Of a stretch of DNA of 64,000 nucleotides, positions 1-12,377 are shown one piece after another (within the stretch, counting starts at the first letter, position 1; each line of letters starts with the position of its first letter). A model generated the notes under the pieces. That model did not search any database. It had not been told where the DNA came from and saw nothing but the letters and a program-made list of their open reading frames with translations. Position numbers and translations under genes: made by a program. This stretch comes from Klebsormidium nitens. Taxonomy: Eukaryota; Plantae; Klebsormidiophyceae. The stretch spans positions 62,001 through 126,000 of the forward strand of contig DF237062.1 of NCBI GenBank assembly GCA_000708835.1, in the 5' to 3' direction.

Positions 1-430
1 GATCGCTTCTTGCAGTTGGATCCCTTTTGAAGGCCCGGGGCTATCGTAGAATGTCATGGCCACTGGAAGGGTAAACTTTCAGCTTTGGAAAGTGGGAGTC
101 AACCAAACTTTGTAGCGTTGGTGCTCCACCAGAAGGATGTCATTTCTGGTTGAATCAGAGACTCTGTTGAAATGGACGGGTAGAAGTTGCTCTTTGATCA
201 AACCAGTAATTACCAAGTGATGCAACCGGATGTCGGTGGGACAAAATCCACATTTCTCAGAGACGTCCTGCTCTAGGGCTCCGTGCGCATTGTGCCCGTT
301 AGCTTCAAAAATGGAGAGGCAATGTAGTGCCTGCTTTAGTTGTATACATTCAGGACACAGTAGTTGATACTGATGTTGATACGCAGCCTAGTCAAAGTAC
401 GAATTGCGTGGTGCATCCTTGTGAAATAAA

Positions 431-466
431 GCGAAGCAGTTTAGTTCCGCGAAGCAGTTTAGTTCC
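431..466. repeat. Perfect 18-bp tandem duplication (GCGAAGCAGTTTAGTTCC x2) in a PRS intron
   Basis: Read directly: copies at 431-448 and 449-466. Confidence 0.95.
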
Positions 467-570
467 GACATAGATGCAACTGCAAGTACGGCGCTGGCAT
501 TGTTTTAAGCAGAATTTCTTCTCATCCGATGATTTTGGGGTTTTCCTGGAGAGTGCTTAGAACCAAATCA

Positions 571-647
571 AACCAATCACTTAAAGCTGATGTGCTTTCT
601 CGTCCTGCGAACCAACTACTAAGCTGATGTGCTTTCTCGTCCTGCAG
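571..647 (+). repeat. Tandem duplication (~37-bp period) of the branch-point/pyrimidine tract at a PRS acceptor
   Basis: AAGCTGATGTGCTTTCTCGTCCTGC occurs at 584-608 and 621-645. Only the second copy is followed by AG. Confidence 0.9.
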
Positions 648-3600
648 GAGATTGCATGCTACATGGGGCTCGACCTGAGCCCCATCAAAATCAAGAAGTT
701 TGCGGATGGCGAGATCTACGTCCAGGTGCAGGAGTCCATCCGCGGGTGCGACGTGTTTCTGGTGCAGCCGACGTGCCCCCCCGCCAACGACCACCTCATG
801 GAACTGCTCATCATGATCGACGCCTGCCGCCGCGCCTCCGCTCGCAACATCACGGCCGTCATCCCCTACTTTGGCTATGCCCGCGCGGACCGCAAGGTGA
901 GCTTTTAAATTGCATGTAAGTGTGGTCATGTCAGATGCAATAAAGGACGCGCTCAATAAAAGCTGAGTAGATGCGGTCTGTCTTACCAAAACGGCAAGTT
1001 TTCTGGCGGTTAGGTATGTAGTATTCAAGCGGCTGGGATCGAGAAAGTTGGATAGAGCTGGTAACTGGTGCCTTTAGGGGCTGGATCCCCGTTCAACATT
1101 TAGAGAATGAATATATCTCATGATGGAAGCGATCCGCTTTCTATCACCTCACGGATCTGTTGAACACCTTGTGCCGTTTCCGCAGATGCAAGGGCGGGAA
1201 TCTATGCTGCCAAAGAGCTGGTAGATGGGAAATTCAGCGGTTGGATCACAGTTTCAAGATCTGGAAGAACTAACGTATGTCATGACGGAAGCGATCCGCT
1301 TCTCATCACGTCAAGTTTTTGTTGAACACCTTGTGGCAATCTGCAGACGCAAGGTCGTGAATCCATCGCCGCTAAATTGGTGGCGAATCTCATTACTGAG
1401 GCCGGGGCCAACCGCGTCCTGGCGTGCGATCTGCACTCCGGCCAGGCCATGGGCTACTTCGACATCCCCGTCGACCATGTGTATGGACAGGTGGGCACAG
1501 CGAGTAGTGGGCTTTTAGGCTTTTCCGTCACTGCATGAGACAGCTGTCACATTGCTCGGAATTGAGGTTGGATTGCTGGGTGGACCGTCAGTGCGTATGA
1601 TAAGCATCGGCTTGAAGCAAGAGCATGCTGATGAAGTGCTAGGGTAGACCTCATGTTGCTTCGGTCTTGCCGACACCACGGATTGATGCTGCTCAGGGTA
1701 CTGCAATTCATTATATAGATGGCCAGACAGGAGGAATCCTGTCCACTTTGAAGTAAGATCTGCTTGGCAGGCGTTTCGTTGTTACTTGATTTCGTCGGCA
1801 GGTCTGGTGCCAAGTTAGAATGTGTCGGCACGGATAATTATAGACCTGTGGGTTCCGGCTCTTCGTTCTCGTGCTCTCTTCCCTTTTCAGAAGTCCAAGG
1901 TTTTGAAAGCCTGAACCTGGGGACCTTAGCTCTTAAGATTCAGAAATGCATTGTTGAGATGCACTCTCTCCTTAAGGAGTTCAGCCCGTCATGTTGGGCG
2001 GCAGTCCTTGACATCATGCTCCATTTCTCGAACGACCTTATTAAACTTGGAGCCGCTTGCTCGCTGCAGCCCGTCATTCTGGACTATCTAGCCAGCAAGA
2101 TGATTTCCAGCAACGACCTGGTAGTTGTGTCGCCCGACGTCGGCGGCGTGGCGCGCGCACGCGCGTTCGCTAAGAAGCTCTCAGACGCGCCCCTTGCCAT
2201 CATTGACAAGCGGAGGCAAAGCCACAACGTCGCTGAGGTGAAGAACGATTGCTTTCGACTTAGGATGGAGATCTTGTTGTATGGTTGAGGGGAAGGGCGG
2301 TCCAGATGAGGTGATGAGGATGATCCCGGTTCAAAGCGCTGGGTCTTTTCGGTCCCATTGGACCTTTTACTTAAGGTCATTGGTAAGCATTAGAAGTCTC
2401 CGAGTTGGCAAAAATTTTGAGGCTGAAAATAAGGAGGAATCGAAGGTGGATTTGAGTACAGGCCTGTCAAGGATGGCCTTAGGTTGGTGAAACGTCATCA
2501 CTCCTTCTCCGGCAAAGCTGCTGCACTGAGTGTTGATTTGAACGGCAGAGCGACTGAAGTAGTGCGTTTTTTGCATAACTGTAGGACCAGCCGAGACGCA
2601 CGCATGATGATTCAGACGTGAGTTGCTGTTGCCACTCAACCCGTCAGAATAAGTCGTTGTGGAGGCTTTGTCATAGTACTTTCTGAAAGGGGCTTCCTAT
2701 AGGCCGGATTGATTGATAGAAGATCTGCCGGCTTGGCATTGTATATGGAGCTATGGAGCAGACAGTCAATACCTTACAGACGTTGGGCCCCTCGGCTCGT
2801 CTTGAGTTTTGACAGGCGTTAAACTTTCTTTCATAACTGAAGGGGTAACGCTTCGGACGGAAAGGAAAGGACGTAGTTGTTCTGGACGCTTCCTGTCGGT
2901 GGCGCAGTCCGAGACCATCTGCTATCTTGATACACGTGTTAGGAGGCGGTGTTGTCTCCTGTCCTCTGCGGGTGGCCTGTGCACTCTATCGTTCTTGCTA
3001 AAGCAGTCATCCATTGTAGACGGTGCTCTGCGCTTCTCCCTCTTATTGGCAGCCGTTCTTCTGCTATTTGAGCGGCGATTCTCCTTATTGAAGCAGCAAC
3101 CTCGGCAGTGGAGTTTCTTCGTGGGCCCAAGCAGCGTCCATCCAAGATATGGACAGCCATCCCTGAGTAATTCTTGCGGCAATCCTTACCTTGAACAAGC
3201 GGCAAATTCTTGTCATCTGAGTGAAGATTCTTGTCGCTCCAGGTGATGAATCTGATCGGAGACGTCAAGGGCAAGGTTGCAGTCATGGTTGATGACATGA
3301 TCGACACGGCTGGTGAGGGCTCGTCCTCATTCGCATCACCACCTTTCCCGTTTTCGCATCGTCAGGATCTCACATGTGGAACCTTACTGGCCTTGGCTTA
3401 GAAATGATGTTTTCTGGGGCGATGATTGCTAGGTTATCGCAATTTTGGCGATCCCTGCCGTTGGTTGACGGGCAGTCGCAGTCCACACAGAACATCAACC
3501 GAGACTGCTGTTTGGCGGTAGTACATTTTCAGTTGTGACGACTCGATTTCACTTCAGAGGGTTGCCTAAGCGCCTGCTTTGAAGAGATGCTTCAGTAGCA

Positions 3601-4262
3601 GCATTGGCATGGCTTCATTTGCCCGTCCACTCCATCCTTGCATCAATCTGTACAGCCTAGCTAGTCGAGAGAGTCCACCGAGAAAACCTTTTAGTCCCCG
3701 AGTCCCTCAGCTTGTTGGGTAACCGCCCTCTACTGCTTCACTGTGCGTCTTACCACATGCAACGTGCTGTACTCTTTTGCGCTCGCTCGGCCTGACGAGA
3801 TGACTGGAAAGCCAAGGTCCTTCTGATCTGGTTGTGTCAAGTTGGACCTGTCTGCCGCGTTCATTCATATACATCGTACTCCAATACTAACTGTTCGCTT
3901 AGTCGCCTGGTTTGTTATGGTTTATTATGGTTTATTATGGTTCATTATGGTTTATTACGGTTTATTATGGTTCATTATGGTTTCTTTCCATTTCTTCAGG
4001 CACCATCACCAAGGGCGCGGAACTGCTCCATGCCGAGGGCGCCCGGGAAGTGTACGCATGCTGCACGCACGGCGTCTTCAGCCCCCCTGCCGTGGAGCGT
4101 CTGTCCGGGGGGCTGTTCCAGGAGGTCATCATCACTAACACCATCCCCCTGGCCCCCGAGAATTATTTCCCGCAGCTCACTATCCTCTCGGTTGCAAACC
4201 TCCTTGGGGAGGCAGTGTGGAGGATACACGACGACAGCTCGATAAGCAGTATCTTCAGGTAA
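648..4262 (+). CDS. PRS: Ribose-phosphate pyrophosphokinase (class I PRPP synthetase, plastid PRS1/2-like); 5' exon(s) lie upstream of the window
   Basis: Exons 648-896, 1347-1490, 2070-2237, 3243-3312 and 4000-4262, all with GT-AG introns, join in frame. Translation includes [30 protein letters not shown]|[21 protein letters not shown]|[17 protein letters not shown]|[24 protein letters not shown]|TITKGA..SIFR*, with the PRPP-binding motif [10 protein letters not shown]. Confidence 0.97.
1186..1224 (+). pseudogene. Pseudo-exon: degenerate copy of the start of the PRS exon at 1347
   Basis: CAG|ATGCAAGGGCGGGAATCT gives [12 protein letters not shown], versus the real CAG|ACGCAAGGTCGTGAATCC ([11 protein letters not shown]). 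The offset is 161 bp and the upstream intron sequence is also duplicated (1120 vs 1282). Confidence 0.85.
3911..3980. repeat. 10-bp minisatellite (TTYATTATGG)x7 just before the last PRS acceptor
   Basis: Seven consecutive 10-mers at 3911-3980 (a few single-base variants); the acceptor AG is at 3998-3999. Confidence 0.95.
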
Positions 4263-5276
4263 CGAGCCTGATAAGGCATTCTTTAATGGGTTTATTTAGT
4301 AGGACAGGAAAGTGGTCCGATGTACTTTAGCTTATGATGTACCGGGACTTTAGGAATATAGAGCTTCAATGTGTATGCAGGAGCCCTACATTTATGAAGG
4401 CTTCTCTCTACAACCTTCTCACTTTGTCATTGTTGGGGTGCTAGGCGCTCAATCTGGCACAATCAGAGCATGCAGAAGTACACAGTGAAGATGTATTATT
4501 CAGTGCACGTGCAATGCAGTGTGTGACAGCATGATTGAGAATTTATCAACCTGTGAAAGCGCACCTTTGGATCACACTAATGCAAGCTCCTGAATGGACA
4601 CATTCCTGCTGCTCCGCAAGATGAAGCGCGTCCGCAAACGCACGAGTATGTCGAATTTCGAGGGGCGGGCCGTGAAAGGCAAGGATCGTCGCAAAGGACT
4701 CTCCAATTTTTACATATAGCTCGCCCCGAACATGTGGAATCGCATATATTGCACTCACATATAGTTGAGTCGCTGCGGGATCAGAAAGCTAGTGAGCTGG
4801 CCATTGCAGACACACATATGCGCACAACTTATATATAGCATGACTTATTAAATATCACACACTATAGGCTTTCAACGTTGATCTTCAATGAAAGCTTCAA
4901 ATGCGGCGTTCCAGCATGACATTCAAGGATCGTGTCCATATATGTGCAGGCGATCTCTGAGTTCGACGTTGATGGTGTGCATTCCGCAGGGAGGATCGCT
5001 TTGAATCAACATCAAGTTGATGCGAACTTCATTTCGGGCCTGCACATGGGCACAGGCTGCCTGTCTTCGTGAGATGCTGCACGTTCCGAGATTTGCACCG
5101 TTTATAACGCGTCTCCACCTTATCGAAGTTGCAAAATTGAAGTGCTCTTGCGTCAACGGTCTGGGCCACACTTACGAGTAGCTCCCCTGAAGCTCCGTGG
5201 CACACATGCTGACTCCGCACATTTTGTCAAATCTTTAAGCTATTAAATGTCTATGCTGTCCTAAATGTCCGTAAGC

Positions 5277-8200
5277 TTACATCATGGGCATGGCCGGCCC
5301 GGGCAAGTTCATCGCTGCTTTCGCTTGCTTCTTCTCTACAATGATAGCCTGCGTCGTGAGCACCATCCCCGCGACGGACGCGGCGTTTTGGAGCGCGCAC
5401 CGGGTGACCTTGGCGGGATCAATGACACCAGCATCGAACAGGTTCTCGTACTCGCCGCTCATGGCGTTGTAGCCCACCTCCCAGTCGCTGTCCCGCACCC
5501 GCTCCACGACGACAGCGCCCTCGGTCCCGGCGTTCTCGGCAATTTGTGCGCAAGGGGCCAAAAGCGCCTGCAGCGGTAAGGAGGTATCCGCTCATCAGGC
5601 ATGTGGAAAACGAGAAGGAAGGAGGTTTGGCTCTCAGGCCGCCCTGCGACTTGCTCGACTACGGCGATGAGCTTCGCAAGGCGTCATTCCGTACGACGAG
5701 AAAAGCAGTCTCACTCTCGTTGTCAATCACTGTATCCACTCTGGGTGCCCGAACTTCGAATAACGAGGAAATGACGCTGACGCTGACGCGAGGATGCCAC
5801 GAAAGCAAGTGACGGTCACGAGATAGCAGTCCTTGCTGACAGGGCCATAGCATAAAGCTTCATACTTGAAGCAACAGGTGGTCGAGATCAACGGCTCTGA
5901 CCCTCGAAGCGAGCTTGTTCGTGATAGTAGGTCAGAAATCTCGTGTGTGGAAGCAGTCATTGCCAACCCAAAAGGGCTGCTCTGCTGAGATTGTCTCATC
6001 ACGCCTACTACCAATCGAAGACGATATATAATGAATCGCTGTGGCAGCACTCCGTTAACAGCGTCACGCAATTTCATGGAGGGAAACGTCTAGTAGAGAA
6101 TATGTGCAATTACCGTCCAGGCGAATGAAATGGCGCACTTGTTACAGCTGACTGAACGTCGTCTCGCGATCCCAAGACCTCTGCGCCATTTCGAAACACG
6201 CCGAGAACGAGGCAGGACCATCACTTCAATAACCGGAAATCCAGACGGGCAATGCAGCGTTCAACCAATGACCAATCAGTAAAGGACGACGGCCCGTTGA
6301 ACACGGCATTAACCACTAGTACTAAAAAGAGGGAGACATCAAAGGAAACAGAATGTAACCCCTCACCGCCTGCACGATATCGGCCCCAATCTTCTCCTCG
6401 TGGTCAGTGATCTGCTCCTTCAGGAACGGAACAAACGTGCTGAGGTGGACCATGGCGGCGCCCCCGCCGGGCACAATGCCCTCCTCGACGGCCGCAAACG
6501 TGGCGTTCTTGGCGTCCTCAATGCGCAGCTTGCGGTCCTCCAGCTCCGTCTCGGTGGCGGCACCGACCTGCGCCGCCAATGCAAAGGTGTGATTGATCCA
6601 CGGAGAATGACTTGGGCTACTAAAGGTCATGTTACAAACGTTTTGGTGTTTATGATTTGCCATAAACACCAAAACTCTGTCCTCCGAGTTCATCTCAACA
6701 GCAGCACAAACCTGCGGGGACGAGGTGCAGACATTAAGACTGACAATTTAAACGTCCTACAATAGCAGAGCTTCACGTTGGTGGCAGCACCACCCTAAGA
6801 GGAACACCTCGAGGGAGGGGGGGCTGGAGTGTCACTGATGTAAGAAGCTCGAATTTCTGTCCTTTACAACAATGAGTGCAAAATTTGAAGGGTTGGGTCC
6901 AAAAGCAAGACTGTAACGAGTCAAGCTCTACACTGACGTCACAGCGCCGTCGCCAGACGGCCGCATTACCACGCAACTTCACATCGTCGCTAGGAACCGC
7001 ACTATCAATCCATGCTCCGCCACACAGCCAACATAGTCCCAACTACAACTACAGCTAGATTGCGAAGATTCGCCGTTCGAAACCGAGAGCTCGGAACAGC
7101 GACGAGGGGCTTCAACAGCTTTCGTATCCGCTTAGCCCTGGGTCCCAACCGAAACTCATAAAATTCGACTGTTAAATCAATACTCGAACAGAAATCCAAC
7201 CCTCGCAGCTCAGATCCTTGGTTATCGATCCCGTCCTCCTCACCTTGATGACGGCCACGCCGCCCGACAGCTTGGCTATCCGCTCGCTCAGCTTCTCCGT
7301 GTCGTACACGCTGTCCGTCTCCGCGAGCTCCTTCTTGATCTGCGCAATGCGCGCCGAGATCTCCTCCTTTGACGCGGCGTCGGCAATGATTGTCGTCGTC
7401 GATTTCTCGATGGTTACCCGGCGGGCGGTCCCGAGCATGTCCACGGTCGCGGCGTCGACTGAAAGGCCTAGGTCGCTGGCCACGAACTCAGAGCCGGTCA
7501 AAATGGCAATGTCCTGCAAGAATAGAACAGGATTACATTTAGGGTTTAAGGTTGGGTTTTAAACGTTGGCTCTAGAATCTGGTAGGGTGAGGGTTAGCTG
7601 CACGTGAGCATGGTGACATGTAACAGTCCGATGCCACGAACTCGCAGCCGGTCAGGATGGAAGTCCTGTGGTGAGCGTGAAACTTCAGAATCAGGGTCAA
7701 ACACGAGCGCATCAAACACGATTCTAGAAGGTCAAAGTCGAAGGCATCAAACACGACCGCATTACAAGGAGGAACGAAGCTGACACGTCGTTACATTGCC
7801 AACTCGCCGACCAACCTTACAAAACCGGAGACTTGATAGGACAGAATGTTTCGCGGGCAAAGCCGATTCGTCGAACTCATAAACCTTCATCAAAGCTCAC
7901 AACTCCAAGCTTCCTTCATACTGTTGACCGTATGTCCTCCGTCAACCCAAGTGCAGGAGCCCCGAAGCAGCGCCGAGATTTGAATAGGCCAGAACGTTGT
8001 TGGGAAACCCAATCTATCGAACACGCAACCCTTCATCAAGAAAATGAAACCTCCCAAATAGCCTCCGAATGTCGACCGTATGTCCTCCGTTCACCCACCT
8101 GCAGCAGCGCCTTCCGCCGGTCTCCAAACCCGGGCGCCTTGATCGCGGCCACGTTGAGCACGCCGCGCAGCTTGTTGACGACTAGGGTGGCGAGGGCCTC

Positions 8201-11200
8201 GCCCGAGACGTCCTCTGCGATGATGAGCAGAGGCGCCTTGAGCGAGGACGACTTTTCTAGGATGGGGATGATGTCCTTAATGGCGGTGATCTTCTGGTCG
8301 GTGACGAGCACGCGCGCGTTCTCGAAGACGACGATCTGCTTCTCGGTGTCTGTCACGAACTGGGGCGAGATGTAGCCGCGGTCGATCTGGGGGCAAACAG
8401 CGGAAAAGAAGGCTTTGGTTAGGAGATGTAAAGCGCGAAGTGGGGTTTTCCGACGGACTCTTCGTCTTTGCGCTTACACGCAACAATTCAACCCTTTGAC
8501 GTCTCGTCAAAACGACCCTAAGACAACCCAGAAACGGAGACCTGACCCGGACGGAAAGCTCCATGCAGCCGGGTGAGCCGTAAAGATTTGGGTTGAACAA
8601 CAAGCCGCCAAATGATCAGCTCAAACCTGACTTTCGGATGAGATGACGCTCCATGCCGACGGAAGAGCCTAAAAGGCCCTACCTCCGTGGCCTCCTCAAC
8701 TTCGATGCTCGTCTGGAACCAAATGGAAGTGCAAGCTGCCAAATTGAGAACACAACCTCAAAATTTATGATAACAACACGCTTCATGCTGATGGAAAAGA
8801 CAACGGACACAATCGACTGGCCTGGAGGACGTACCTCCATGCCCTCCTCAACTTCGACGGTTGTTTCGAAGCCGGACGAGGACTCGATGGAGAGCACACC
8901 GTCGGAGCCGACCTTGTCAAGAGCGTCGGCGATCATGGTACCGACGAAGTCGTCGTTGCCAGCAGAGATGGACGCGACAGCTGCAAAGTCCAAGGCAGAG
9001 CTCGTGGGTGGCGTCTCGAAATTTAAGACGTTTTAAAGTTACCTAAGAATGTTTCAAACTCGAAATAAAATCCCGAGGTTGAATGACGGACGAATGTTCA
9101 AAAACTCCTAAGCTCCCGACGCAAGAGCCGATCACGTGCCGGAGTGAAGATCGCTCAAAGGCATCTTCATACCGGTATGAATTGAGAGGCTGCCGTTTTC
9201 GTCGAAACCCCTTTCGGATTGCCGACTTTGCACTTGGATCCTCCAGGGTCCCCCTGCCTCTGATGCCACCAGAAAGTGTCAAAAAGAAAGTGACCGATCA
9301 GAAGCAAGGCAAAGAACAGCAACGAATAACAAAGGGCTGACACAAATGTGGGTCGCATGGTCTGCCCAAAGAGGTACTTGCGGCGACGCCGCTCCTCACG
9401 GTGATGGAATATGCGACCCCGCCGCCGCGGAGGCCCGAGGGCCTGCAACGCGGCGGCGTGATGATCTATGACGTTCGCGCGGGACTATGCAGCGTGGGAA
9501 ATAGCCGCTCCCAAAAAGCGCGGGGCGGTCAGCCAGGCTGACTGGCCACCCCCGTCAATAACGTGACATGCTTATCTGGTTACTGTTCTGATGTTGGCGT
9601 AGAAAACTGAGAACCGAACGGCCAACTTTGGTGAATTGACTGCGCTGATTCGACGTGTTGACAGCGGGATATCTCTTCGCTCGGAGCGGGTGACTGACAA
9701 CAGCCCAAAACCACTGCTCGCAGACACCAACTTATGCTGGTCAGAACAATATTCCCAGAATGTGAAGGGGCCAGAAGACAGAAGACTGGCAACGAGGGCC
9801 ACTGCCTGCGTGCTCCAGAAAGGAACGACAATCCCATCAACCAGGTCTCGGCAACTTGTTTCCCAATGCTCTCGACCAGCCCTGCCTCTACGCCGAGGCC
9901 CCTACAGACCAGAACACGGAATACACACAGCAGGACGAATGACCACAGCAGACAGAACAGCAGAGAGTAAAAGTCACAGCGAAGTGTAGCACAGCAGACC
10001 AGATCCAACGCTGACGCAAGCTCACCCTTGATGTCGGCGCGCCCCTTGACCGGCCGCGCCTTGTTCTCGAGCTCCTCCACAAGTCCCGCCACCGTCTTCT
10101 GAATACCCTTGTTGATGGCCACAGGGTTCCCACCCGACGTGACATTCCGCAGGCCCAACCGGATCATCTCACGCGCCAGCACGCTAGCAGTGGTTGTGCC
10201 ATCGCCCGCAGAATCGTTGGTTTTGCTGGCAACCTGGGTTGAAAGACGAAGGAAAGATGATGGTTCGGGACTGGGAATAGAGAACAAGCTGGCCGATACA
10301 AGGTGGCGTGAAACCACAAAAAGAGGATCAGCTTTAGAAGGAGCCAGAGTCCTTGAATCCAGATGGGACGGTTTCGAATTGTGCTGTTCTGATCAGCTGA
10401 GCATTGCAGAAGAAGCTAGACCTGCTTCATGGGATGATCGCCACACTGCTCCTGTGAACTTGGGCACCGTCCATTCAATTGAAGGGTGCAGGCGTCTACA
10501 TTGTGAACAGATCTCTGACTGGCGGGGCTGCTGTTTTGCTTCCTGATCGCTAGCACGTACACCATAAATTGAGTCTTAATCTGCCTCAGCTAGTCAACTG
10601 ACAGCACTCTCAACCCTTCGAAAGGCTTACCAAGGCTGCCGTGATTTAGCCAACCCCTTCTTCACTGGCAGGAGGACTGAGGAGCCCCAGCAACAGGAGT
10701 TTGATCCACTGCCCCTTTCTCTTCGATTTGATTGCCAGCACGACCGAATGACTCCTCTCAGGGCTGCACTTCTCTTAAGCTGCAATACCATGAAGCCATA
10801 AGCACTGCGCTTCTCACCTCCCTGATCAGCGCTGCTCCTGCGTTCTCCATCGCATCGGGGAGCTCAATGGCCCGCGCAATTGTCACACCGTCGTTGATGA
10901 CCTTCGGGGCCCCAAAATCCTCCAGCACAACGTTCCGTCCTGAGCGAAGGAAGCATAGCGCGTCAGACGCCGACTATCAAGACGAAGCCTGATTATCTGC
11001 CAAAGTCTGCCAGCCTGCTGTGAATCTGCCTGCTTATCTTTAAGTAGCGCAGAGCCGTCTGAGGGGAGAAGTTCCGTCCAGTGAGTTCGGTGGTCCAATC
11101 CGAGCGGAAGTCCTTTGAAAGCTGATAGATTGGTGGTACAAGAGGAACGGGAGTGAGAACTTGTAAGACAGACCAATCCACAATGGAGAGAGGAAAATTC

Positions 11201-12377
11201 CGTGCCTCGATTGCTCTCCAAAACCTCAAGTATTTGTGAAAGTATCATAGTAGACAACCAAGGAAAAGAGAAGCGTCTGATAATCACATTACAGGTGATG
11301 CAAGGGCAAGCGCCTGATTATCATACTACAGGCGATGCAGTTCCCAGGGGTCAGTCCCACTACTTTCCCCATTGCTTTCTATGTTCTCGAACAACTGCTG
11401 GAATAATTTGCAACAGTGTCCAATTGACCGCACGATGGAAGCAGTGGTAATGGTGTCTTCTTCTTCAGCATTGCATCATAAGGCGGCAATTTCAGCAATG
11501 AGATGTATGGCATTCTACCTGCCAACCGACATTTCTGCCTACTTCTTCCAAAGATCCGAAGCTGAACCAAGGGATGAGGCGGTACCACCCTACCATCAGA
11601 ATGCCAGAAGTAGACCGACATCAGCGCCAGGCATTTCTTCTCTGGCGCTTTATGTCAGCATACGATCCCGCCACCATTACCAACCTCTGACATTATGTCT
11701 CGCAAACCTCAAAAGTCGCTAACATGCTTCTCAAAAGCAGGCCTGCCCCTCGTTTCCACAGAGATCCCTGCAGCTAATGAGATATTGAAGGGCTGATATC
11801 ATGCTCACCTCGTGGGCCCAGGGTAACAGCAACTACATCTGTGAGCTTGTCAATGCCTGCTTGCATAGCAGCCCTTGACGCTGTGTCGAACAAAATGTCC
11901 CTGGCCTCAGCCCTTGCAACCCCCGCCTTCCTATTCTGCCGCGTAGATTTTGCTGTCTGCTTCAGGGCAAGCTGGTTCCGCCCCTGGAGGAAGCCTCTGA
12001 CCGGAGCGCCGCAGAACGGCTGCACAAAGCATAGAAAAAAGCGTTTAGCCGATGACGAGACCGTCAAAAGCATGACCTAAGTTGAAATAACAAGAAATGA
12101 GGCGCCAATGCAGGGAATTGCTCGTTTTCTCTGAACATACTTGTTGCATTGCCCCTGATTCTCAACACAATCAAGCGTCCAGTTGAAGAACAAAACCAGA
12201 CACCAAGGGGAGAAACCCCCCACAAGGCCAACACTTTGTACTCTCCTTGTACTCTCCTTACTCTCCGCTTACCTGTGTGGGCATCACTACGCTGCTTGCC
12301 CCCTTCGACGGCGCCACATTGCCTGCTGCCAGACCCGCCAAAGCCCCTGCCCGAGTCATCGCTGCGGAAGCAGCCAT
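5277..12377 (-). CDS. CPN60A: Chaperonin-60 alpha subunit (plastid RuBisCO-binding protein alpha, GroEL family)
   Basis: Nine exons join in frame: 12377-12273, 12019-11809, 10939-10818, 10233-10026, 8980-8835, 8386-8099, 7513-7244, 6567-6367, 5567-5277. The protein has a transit-peptide-like N-terminus and the motifs [72 protein letters not shown] and [25 protein letters not shown] is alpha-type. Confidence 0.97.
7594..7665 (-). pseudogene. Pseudo-exon: frameshifted copy of the CPN60A exon 7 start with intact acceptor
   Basis: CAG|GACTTCCATCCTGACCGGCTGCGAGTTCGTGGCATCGGAC versus the real CAG|GACATTGCCATTTTGACCGGCTCTGAGTTCGTGGCCAGCGAC. The offset is 152 bp; in-frame use stops after 23 codons. 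Confidence 0.85.
9420..9553. ncRNA. Candidate structured RNA (three adjacent GC-rich hairpins) in CPN60A intron 4
   Basis: Stems: 9420-9429/9449-9458 (10 bp perfect, with an inner 5-6 bp stem), 9477-9488/9501-9521 (interrupted) and 9528-9533/9537-9542. The family is not identified. Confidence 0.35.

Noticed and set aside
7537-7563. Telomere-like tract TTTAGGGTTTAAGGTTGGGTTTT
   Set aside because: Only one exact unit, and it coincides with an acceptor-proximal tract, so it is too short to call interstitial telomere.
9855-9890. Possible echo of CPN60A exon 4 (AGLVES vs AGLVEE) at ~205 bp
   Set aside because: Identity is only modest over ~30 nt and the offset is outside the main class, so it is not distinguishable from chance by eye.
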